DNA from: Bacillota bacterium
Lineage (GTDB): Bacteria; Bacillota; Sulfobacillia; RBS10-35; JAJYVN01
Direction: 5' to 3'
NCBI GenBank assembly: GCA_021797775.1
Contig: JAJZZC010000002.1
Span: forward strand, 11,761-75,760
Length of the DNA: 64,000 nt
How positions within the stretch are numbered: the first letter of the stretch is position 1; each line of letters begins with the position of its first letter. The notes beneath the pieces were generated by a model. That model searched no databases, was not told where the DNA came from, and saw only the letters and a program-made list of their open reading frames with translations. Of this stretch, positions 57,097 to 64,000 are shown piece after piece. A program made the position numbers and the translations under genes.

Positions 57097-58001
57097 GAAT
57101 CGGCCTCCTCCATGCGTAGGGGCGGCGGGGGTGCGGACAGGACCGATGCGGCGCGGGGCCACACCGCCCGCCGCAATCCCCATAATTCCGCCCAACTATG
57201 GGTATTTGACAAGGCGGATGGTAAAGCGCGGGGCTCCGGAAGTCAAGGGGCAGCGGCCGTCAAGGCGGCCGGGTCGGCGGCGGGCGTCAACTCGGTCCGC
57301 CCGGCCTCGGCCGCCGTGGTGCCTTTGGCGGCGCGGGCGAGACGGCAGCGCCGCCCGTCTCCTTTTCCCGGCGGCGTGCAGGCGGCGGGCCCTCCGCGAA
57401 GGGGGGGCCGGACTGTCCCCCCATCCATGCGTTCCCGTCAGGGACGGCCGCTCGCGTTCTGGACATCATGAGCGGGCGCTTTGCGGATCGGGCTGGTCGC
57501 TGGCCCGTGGGGTCGGCTCCGGGGCTGGAACCGGCAGTCAGGCGGGGGGCGACCGTACCCGGACCCGTCATGTGTGTTCGGTATCGTCTCGCTTCGGCGG
57601 CGTAGCTAAACGCTGGGCGAGCGTATCCGCTGCAGCCGCTTTGGATCGGGGAGACAGGCCACGGCACGGGCGCCCGTGGCTGGTGGCGACCGGCCTTCCG
57701 CCAGCGCCGACAGCGGACGGGCGCGGGGTGAATCCCGCCGGTCTGGTAGCGCCCCGCGCGGCCTCTGAAGCAGCCCCCACCCCCGGGGTCACCCCGTCAC
57801 ACCTGCCCCCTGCCCACCTCCGCCAAGCGAGGGGTCGTCGGCCCCCGCCGCTCGTGGCCCGCCCCGCCTGCAGAACGTCTGCCGGGCGCCGGCTTCCTCC
57901 CCACCGCCAGGGGTCCTTGTCAGGGGAGGGAGGGTCGCCTCGTTGCACCGCTCCCTCGGGTACCACCCCACTCAGGGCTCAAACCACCCGCCTGAAGGAG
58001 T

Positions 58002-60191
58002 GTGGCCGCTGTGGGTGAATCGGCCACGGGATCGATCATGCCGATCCACGTGATGCCCGGAGAGGTGTGGTGGGATGTGATCCGGGAAGGTCGGCGCTTC
58101 ACACGTCGCGCGGCCGGGAAAGGCGCCGTGGCCGCCGCTGCGGTGGCCGCAGTGGGCGCCCTGGGCGGGGGCGCCGCCAGCGCGGCCGCCACGCAGAACG
58201 GGAAGATCAAGCTCGAGTTCCGGGCGTGGACCCAGGACGCCAGCTACCAGACCGAAGCAGATCTGATGCAACGGGCCGTCGCCCCTTGGCTCAGCCAGAA
58301 CCCGGGCGTCGATCTGGTCGTCCACGCGCAAGCAGGCAGTATCGGCAACGTCATGAGTCAACTCCTCGCGGGCACCGGGCCGGATGTCTATCATTCCTGG
58401 CACCCCCAGTCGGTCTTTTCCAATCCGCTATTCGCCCAGAACCTCACGCCTTATGTAAAGAAGTACAATGCGGATCTCTCTGTCTTCAATCAGACTCAGC
58501 TCGCGGTGTTCCAGCAGCCACGCGGTCTGCTCGCCCTGCCCTACTACCTCGGTACCTACGCCATGGCCTTCAACCTCACCCTGTTCGACGACGCGGGCAT
58601 CGCCTACCCCGATCAGGCGTGGGACTACAGGGCCTACGAGCATGCGGCGCGCGCGCTCACCAAGAAGGGCACGAGCAGCACCAAGCAGATCTGGGGAGGC
58701 TCCCTCGGCCTCGGCTGGATGGGCTCGCCGCCCACCGACGCCACGGGCGACCCCTTCGTCCCGCCCTTCATCGCCTGGGGTTTCGGGGGGGGCTCCTACG
58801 TCGACCCCTCGGACCCGAGCCGGTGTGTGGCCGACTCCACAGCCACGGTGAAGGCCAACGAGTGGGCGTACGGCCTGAGCCGCGAGGGCGTCGTGAACAA
58901 CGCCGGGGCCTGGTACAGCTTCACGTCGGGCCAGTACGCGATGGCGCCCGCCCCCAGCTTCGACCTGACCGCGGCCGCCGAGCAGTTCCGCCAGTTGAAG
59001 TGGGACTTCTGGCCCATGCCCACGTTCCCCCACGGCCCCGCCACCGGAGCCACCGAGGACATGCTCGTGATGAACCCCGCCACCAAGTACCCGGACCTGG
59101 CCTGGGACTTCATGTATTGGATCGCCTTCAAGCCCGACTGGCAGCGGTCCATGATGGCTCTCTACCTGCTGTCGCCGGCGCTGACCTCGCTGTGGGAGGA
59201 GTGGGTGCGGGTCGTGGGGCAGGTCGCGCCCCCCTTGCGCACCAAGAACGTCAAGGTCTTCGCCGACATGGCCGAACTCAACCGGGCCTTCCCCAAGCAG
59301 ATCTTCGCCTACCAGGCCACCCAGGCAGACGGCATCTTCGCGGCCTGGGGCCAGAAGATGTCGGCGAATCAGATTTCCGTAGCCGAGGGGCTCCGGCAGA
59401 TCACCAGCCAGGTCAACGCCCTGGAGGCGGTCGGTCCGCAGGAGGCCGCGCAGAGTGCGGCCGCCCTGAGCAAGATCGTGGCGGAACTCAAGCAGGCGCA
59501 GAACACCCCGAAGGTGCTCACGTTCGGTCCGCCGCCGCGCGTGGACGCCGGCCTGCCCCCCACGCCAGCCAGCCAGCTGGTCACGGTGAAGAACAACACT
59601 TACACCCTCATCGGCCAGGGCAAGGGCCCCGCCGGGCAGTCCGACTCGGGGACCTTCGCCGCCATGCCCTTTGATCTGAGCAAGGGCACGTTCTCCTGCC
59701 GCATCACCGGCATCTACGCGTACCAAAACTCCACCATCCAGGATGGCTGCCAGGTCGCGCTGATGGCGCGCAGCAGCCTGGCCGACGCGGCGGCCAATGC
59801 CACCATCGGTTACGCCACCGGCCACGGCGTGCACCTGCATTCGCGCTCGCTGCCCAGCGTCGGGGAGGGAGACCAGAAGGATGGCACCGCCCCAGGGCTG
59901 ATCCCGCGGGCGCGGTTCCACGTGAACGACTACGCCGCCGCCAAGAACTACCTGCCCATGCCGCTCTGGCTGCAACTCTCCCGCGACGGCGGCCAGTGGA
60001 CGGCCTACACCTCGCTCAATGGCAAGACCTGGGCACAGGCCGGCAACCCGGTCACGCTGGAGGTCGGCGGGGTGTGGATCGGCCTCTGGGTCAATTCCAA
60101 TACGGCCTGGAACGCGAACATGAAGATCCAGGCCAGCTTCGACGACCTGACGTTCAAGCCCATCACCTTTGTGCAGGTGGGCACGCCGTAG
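58002..60191 (+). CDS. Solute-binding protein (family 1) fused to a C-terminal ConA/LamG-like (DUF1349-like) beta-sandwich domain
   Basis: RRFTRRAAGKGAVAAAAVAAVGALGGGAASAAA signal. The SBP body is paralogous to 49428..50876. The last ~200 aa (...LWLQLSRDGGQWTAYTSLNGKTWAQAG...) are lectin-like. The start is uncertain (58002, 58011 or 58038). Confidence 0.8.
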   Translation: MAAVGESATGSIMPIHVMPGEVWWDVIREGRRFTRRAAGKGAVAAAAVAAVGALGGGAASAAATQNGKIKLEFRAWTQDASYQTEADLMQRAVAPWLSQNPGVDLVVHAQAGSIGNVMSQLLAGTGPDVYHSWHPQSVFSNPLFAQNLTPYVKKYNADLSVFNQTQLAVFQQPRGLLALPYYLGTYAMAFNLTLFDDAGIAYPDQAWDYRAYEHAARALTKKGTSSTKQIWGGSLGLGWMGSPPTDATGDPFVPPFIAWGFGGGSYVDPSDPSRCVADSTATVKANEWAYGLSREGVVNNAGAWYSFTSGQYAMAPAPSFDLTAAAEQFRQLKWDFWPMPTFPHGPATGATEDMLVMNPATKYPDLAWDFMYWIAFKPDWQRSMMALYLLSPALTSLWEEWVRVVGQVAPPLRTKNVKVFADMAELNRAFPKQIFAYQATQADGIFAAWGQKMSANQISVAEGLRQITSQVNALEAVGPQEAAQSAAALSKIVAELKQAQNTPKVLTFGPPPRVDAGLPPTPASQLVTVKNNTYTLIGQGKGPAGQSDSGTFAAMPFDLSKGTFSCRITGIYAYQNSTIQDGCQVALMARSSLADAAANATIGYATGHGVHLHSRSLPSVGEGDQKDGTAPGLIPRARFHVNDYAAAKNYLPMPLWLQLSRDGGQWTAYTSLNGKTWAQAGNPVTLEVGGVWIGLWVNSNTAWNANMKIQASFDDLTFKPITFVQVGTP

Positions 60192-60347
60192 AACGGGGCG
60201 CCGCGAGCTCTGGCGGGAGTCGGACTCCGTATCGAGCCGTTGCGGCGGATGGGAGGGCGCGCGTGCGGGGGTTCTGGGAACGGCAGGGCGGCCGGGAGCC
60301 CCCACTCTGCCCCGACGGGGAGTGGCACCACCGGCGGATCTCGCCCA

Positions 60348-61370
60348 TCACCTCGCCAAGAACGCTGTGGCCTCCGCGCGGTCGTGAAACAGATGCCGGA
60401 CCGCGAGCACGCGGAACCCCGCCTCCAGCCTCCCGCGCACGGCCGCGACCGTATCGAGGGGGTCGCCGCCGAAGAACTTCACGGTGAGGATCCCCCGCGC
60501 TCCGGCCCTAAGGCGCGGACGGAAGCGCAGGGCGCAGGCCGCCGTGCGCAACGGGTCCCAGTTGAGGTCCGCCGTCAGCAGGTCGAAGGGGCCTGGAGGG
60601 AGGGGGATCTGGGAGGCCGATCCCCGGATCCAGGAAAGGCCGCGAGCGCCTACCAAGGCGGGGCTGGGCGCGCCGGGGTCGACCGCGGTGACGCGCCACC
60701 CCTTGCGCAGTAGCACCTGGGTCCAGCCCCCCGGGGCGGCCCCTAGGTCGAGCGCCGCGGCACCGGGGCACGGCGGACCCCATCCCTCGCCACCGAGGAG
60801 GAGTGCCTCCTCCAGCTTGCGCGCCGAGCGCGACACCTCGCCGGGGAGGGCGGCCAGCCGCGCTGCGCCACCCGGCCAGGGCGAGAGGTGCACCGGCCGC
60901 GGGGCAAGCCCGACGAACACGGCGACGCGGGCAGCGACGATGGACAGCACGTAGGGCGCGGGGCCGCCGGTCACGCGCGCCCCCGCCTCGGCCAGGACGG
61001 AGCGCACCGCGGCGGCCAGGGCGCCGGCTGTCCACGGTGGCCCGCCCTCGAGCACCCGGGCTTGCGCCTGCACCGCGCCGCCCGGGGGCCAGCCGGGCAA
61101 TTCGGCGAGGACCGCGGGCAGCGCGGCCCGGGTCCAGGTCGCCGGATCCTCCGCGGGTCCGACCGGCCGATCCACCGGGGCCGGGCTGAGGTGCCGGATG
61201 AACACGGTGTCCGCGAGCGTCCGGGCCAGCGAGGCGGTGCTGCCACCGCAGGCCACCAACCAGACCCCGGGCGCCAACGGGTCCCGCCGGGCGAAGGGGG
61301 GCAGCCGGGCGTCCAGTTCCCGCAGCGCCCAAGGCGCCCAGCGGGCGCCGGCGGTCAGGATCGCCCGCAT
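60348..61370 (-). CDS. SAM-dependent RNA methyltransferase (RlmM/FtsJ-like)
   Basis: Contains SRSARKLEEAL and AALDLGAAPGGWTQVLLRKGWRVTAVDPG. ATG at 61370 with AGGAGGGGG 10 nt upstream. Confidence 0.7.
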   Translation of the reverse strand: MRAILTAGARWAPWALRELDARLPPFARRDPLAPGVWLVACGGSTASLARTLADTVFIRHLSPAPVDRPVGPAEDPATWTRAALPAVLAELPGWPPGGAVQAQARVLEGGPPWTAGALAAAVRSVLAEAGARVTGGPAPYVLSIVAARVAVFVGLAPRPVHLSPWPGGAARLAALPGEVSRSARKLEEALLLGGEGWGPPCPGAAALDLGAAPGGWTQVLLRKGWRVTAVDPGAPSPALVGARGLSWIRGSASQIPLPPGPFDLLTADLNWDPLRTAACALRFRPRLRAGARGILTVKFFGGDPLDTVAAVRGRLEAGFRVLAVRHLFHDRAEATAFLAR

Positions 61371-61983
61371 CGCGCCCGGACCCCCTCCTGCGAGCAACTC
61401 CGGACGGGCGGTGGCGGGTCACGGGTCGCAGACCTACTACGCCTCTCTGGTCGGCCCACCCGCGCTCGGGCCGTTTCACGCCGCGTGGCGCCGGCCGCGG
61501 CGCCGCGAGGGACGACCCTCCGGTTGGACGCCCCGGCACCCGATCTATGCGGCCTCCGGCAAAGGAAGCGATACATCAGGCCCGGGCAGCGCAGCGTAGC
61601 ACTGCGCGGACGGGCTGGGCAAGAAGGGGAACGACCGTCCCGTCGTTGCCCCCCTTCGCCCAAGCGCGAGTCCGCCCGCCGTGCTCCAAGCCCGGAGGGC
61701 CATCAGCCCGCGCAGGCGGCTGCCGTCCTCGCCCCGCACGGGCAGGCGGGACCCCGCGCCCCCGAGCACCTGGAGAGCGCGTGGCCCAAAGCCGCCCGAT
61801 GGCGGCGGCTGGCGCGCGAACGCGGGCATGCCCGAGGCGGCCGCCCATGCGGAGGTAGTAGAGGTAGCAGAGGAGGGCATGGAGAAACGCTGCTGGCTCG
61901 TATGCACGGGGCCCGCCTGCATGGGACCGCGCCATCTGTGCGCCCCGCGGGTGGCCGCGGTCCGCCACGACCAGGAGGGGTGC

Positions 61984-63438
61984 GTGTCGTTGTCCGCCTC
62001 GCAGAGAGACCTGCCATTTGCCCCGCGCCCCGGAGCCCTGCACGCCGTCATCCTCGCGGGCGGGCCCGGGGAGCGCTTTTGGCCGGCCAGCACCCCGGAA
62101 GCGCCCAAGCCGTTCGTCCGGTTGTTCGGGGGAGGGAGCCTGCTCCAGGAGACGCTGGCGCGAGCCGCGCGCCTCGCCGCGCCCGCGGACACCTGGCTCG
62201 TCGGTTCCGAGGTCCACGGCGAGCGGCTGCGCGCCGCGGCCAGCGGCTGGCTGCCCGCGAGCAACGTCCTCCTGGAACCGGCGCGCCGCGACACGGCGCC
62301 CGCCGTCGCCCTGGCGGCGTCAGCGGTCGCCGCCCGCGATCCGGACGCCACGCTCCTCGTCATGCCGAGCGACCACTATGTCCCGGACGCGGAGGCATTC
62401 GCCCGGACCGTGCGGCGGGCCCTGCCGGCGGCGGCGCGCGGCCTGCTGGTCTGTGTGGGCATCACACCCCTCCGGCCGGAGCCACGGTACGGCTACATCG
62501 TGGCAGGCGAAGGACAGGCCGCGCCCGGTGTCCACCCCGCGGAGCGGTTTGTCGAAAAGCCCGCGGAGGCGGAGGCCCGGAGGCTGCTGGCCAGCGGCCG
62601 CGCTTACTGGAACGCCGGGCTGCTGATCTGCCGGACGGCCACGCTGCGCGCCGCGTTCGCCGCCCACGCCCCGAGCATCGTCACTGGCGTGGATGCGCTG
62701 CAGCAGGCTGCAGACCCCGCCAAGGCATACGCCGCACTTCCCTCGATCTCCCTGGACTACGCCGTGCTCCAGAAGGCCGTGAACGTGGCGGTCGCCCCCG
62801 CCGACTTCCGCTGGCACGATGTAGGCGGTTGGGCCGAACTCCCGCTGGTGGAGGCCGACGCGGCGGGGAACTTCGTGCGCGGTCCCGCGCGGCTGATCGA
62901 CACCGCCGACTCCGTCGTATACAACACCGGACGGCAGCCGGTCGTGGTCCGGGGCATGCAGGGCGTCCTGGTCGCACAGACCGCCTCGCACGTCACCCTC
63001 GTGTCGCCGCTTGGCGGCGACACGCGCCAGTTGCTGCGCGACCTGGAGGCCAGTGGCGGCGTTCCCCAGCCGCAGCCGGCCGACGCCTTGTGGGCGGCGG
63101 CAGAGGCGGGCGCTCCCGGGGTGCAACTCACGCGGCATGCCTGGGGTGCGGAGGCTGCTTGGTCGGAGGGGGCGGACCACGCCGCCGCGCTGGTGCGGGT
63201 ATTCGCCGGGCGGCGCGCCCGCTGGCGGTGCCCGGACGGCTGGCGGGAGACCGGCTGGCTGGCGGCGGGCCGGGGCACGCGGGGCGCGGGGGGCGCGGGG
63301 GAGGGCGCGTCGCCCGCAGTCGCCGGTGGCGTCCTGCGCGCCACGCCGGGTGAGGACGTCGAACTGCAGGCCGACACGGACCTGCTCATCTGGCGCCTGC
63401 GCCTGCGATCCGCCGCCGCTCTGGGCACGGAAGCATAG
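61984..63438 (+). CDS. manC: Mannose-1-phosphate guanylyltransferase (ManC/CpsB-like) with a cupin-like C-terminus
   Basis: Contains ILAGGPGERFWPAS..PKPF, EPARRDTAPA, LVMPSDHYV, GYI and FVEKP. GTG at 61984 with AGGAGG 5 nt upstream. Confidence 0.85.
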   Translation: MSLSASQRDLPFAPRPGALHAVILAGGPGERFWPASTPEAPKPFVRLFGGGSLLQETLARAARLAAPADTWLVGSEVHGERLRAAASGWLPASNVLLEPARRDTAPAVALAASAVAARDPDATLLVMPSDHYVPDAEAFARTVRRALPAAARGLLVCVGITPLRPEPRYGYIVAGEGQAAPGVHPAERFVEKPAEAEARRLLASGRAYWNAGLLICRTATLRAAFAAHAPSIVTGVDALQQAADPAKAYAALPSISLDYAVLQKAVNVAVAPADFRWHDVGGWAELPLVEADAAGNFVRGPARLIDTADSVVYNTGRQPVVVRGMQGVLVAQTASHVTLVSPLGGDTRQLLRDLEASGGVPQPQPADALWAAAEAGAPGVQLTRHAWGAEAAWSEGADHAAALVRVFAGRRARWRCPDGWRETGWLAAGRGTRGAGGAGEGASPAVAGGVLRATPGEDVELQADTDLLIWRLRLRSAAALGTEA

Positions 63439-63587
63439 GGCCCGCGCCGGACAGCAGCCCCAGCCACGCGCGATGGCCGGCCGGACCGGCCGCTCCGCAC
63501 AGTCGCGGCGGCCCGCTGGAGGGCTTTGCGCCAAGCAGGGGTCCTCCGTGTACGGGCACCCTGGATGCCGGCCGGCGGCGGCCCCTA

Positions 63588-64000
63588 ATGGTCGGCGCCG
63601 AGGAACGCGCGGGAGGCGGAGGCGTGCAGGCGCTGGTTACCCTGCCAGGGCTGGAGAGCTTCCTCATTGGCGAGTGCAAGCGGTGCGGCATACGCGTGGA
63701 AGGGGTCGAAGACGGCTGGGCCCTCACGGGGGATGACGCCCGGGGGGCCGTCGGCCGAATCGGCACACTGCGTGCCCTGGCGGAGGTGGTGTGGAGCGGA
63801 CCAGCGGAGCAACTGCCGTCTCGCCTGCCCAGCGCCGAACGCCTCTGGTTCGAGGGCCAGGTGATCAACGGGGGCGCGCGCTGCGAGGCGGTGCGCCACG
63901 CTGTGCTGCGCGCCTGCGGGGTCCCGCAGTCCGTGCAGCCGGATGGACTGCCAGGCACCCTGGCCATCGTGAACCGCCAGGGGTTGGCCCTGGTCGGCGA
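63588..64000 (+). CDS. Hypothetical protein, 5' part (runs off the window). It is absent from the ORF track because it has no stop
   Basis: ATG at 63588 is open to nt 64000. The translation MVGAEERAGGGGVQALVTLPGLESFLIGECKRCGIRVEGVEDGWALTGDD... has normal composition, GC3 of about 80% and G-rich first positions. It is the in-phase antisense of listed ORF 63585..63899. Confidence 0.45.
   Translation, partial: MVGAEERAGGGGVQALVTLPGLESFLIGECKRCGIRVEGVEDGWALTGDDARGAVGRIGTLRALAEVVWSGPAEQLPSRLPSAERLWFEGQVINGGARCEAVRHAVLRACGVPQSVQPDGLPGTLAIVNRQGLALVG

Noticed and set aside
60888-63353. 821-aa plus-strand ORF
   Set aside because: It is Arg/Gly-rich nonsense that overlaps the RlmM-like gene in antisense and the manC gene out of frame. 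No motifs.
63585-63899. Listed 104-aa minus ORF at the right edge
   Set aside because: It is the in-phase antisense of a better-looking plus frame (63588 onward), and it is Ala/Arg/Pro-rich.

Overview
The window is very GC-rich (about 70% by eye) bacterial chromosomal DNA, and most genes are on the minus strand. The gene content looks Firmicutes-like: sufCDSU, a yutG-like gene, an S-box riboswitch, an SLH-anchored S-layer protein and Cta/Qox-type oxidase subunits. This suggests a high-GC Firmicute of the Limnochordia/Thermaerobacter/Symbiobacterium type, but that is inference only.

Gene order:
- Terminal oxidase subunits I (partial), III and IV.
- Aldose-1-epimerase-like gene, then rdgB-rph.
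- A repeat-rich, gene-poor tract (about 6.0-10.5 kb). It holds a frameshifted Xis/MerR-like HTH gene and an 18-bp x6 tandem array directly downstream of ssrA (tmRNA). smpB follows.
- A SAM-I riboswitch in front of a ThrC-like plus MoaD/ThiS-like pair.
- vapBC, then an orphan MsmK-type ABC ATPase.
- A fused AhbA/B-like siroheme decarboxylase, a yutG-like gene, and sufC-D-S-U with no sufB.
- A 1196-aa SLH S-layer-type protein and tRNA-Arg(CCG).
- Sugar-phosphate isomerase, TauE/SafE, MarR, ClC channel and an NDP-sugar pyrophosphorylase.
- A 0.7-kb structured convergent spacer.
- DHH phosphoesterase, MutS-domain-V ATPase, a secreted copper-amine-oxidase-N-like protein, and DUF4129/DUF58 with no MoxR.
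- NHL propeller protein and GH29 fucosidase.
- A mosaic of leaderless or truncated HAF-repeat and carboxypeptidase-regulatory-domain genes.
- Two permease-less solute-binding proteins, one fused to a ConA-like domain.
- cysC-sir-cysH, an RlmM/FtsJ-like methyltransferase, manC and a partial ORF at the right edge.

I saw no transposase, integrase, cas genes or CRISPR array. I cannot point to a clear-cut novel multi-gene system. The most unusual signals are non-coding:
- a dispersed intergenic repeat family, including two near-identical 88-nt copies 37 kb apart;
- an ssrA with a non-canonical T-loop, next to tandem 18-mers;
- a structured 0.7-kb spacer.
The riboswitch-controlled MetM/MetO-like pair is also notable.

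Many long ORFs in the supplied track are arginine/glycine/proline-rich antisense artefacts of the GC bias and were not called. Start codons were re-picked from RBS context and are less certain than stop codons.
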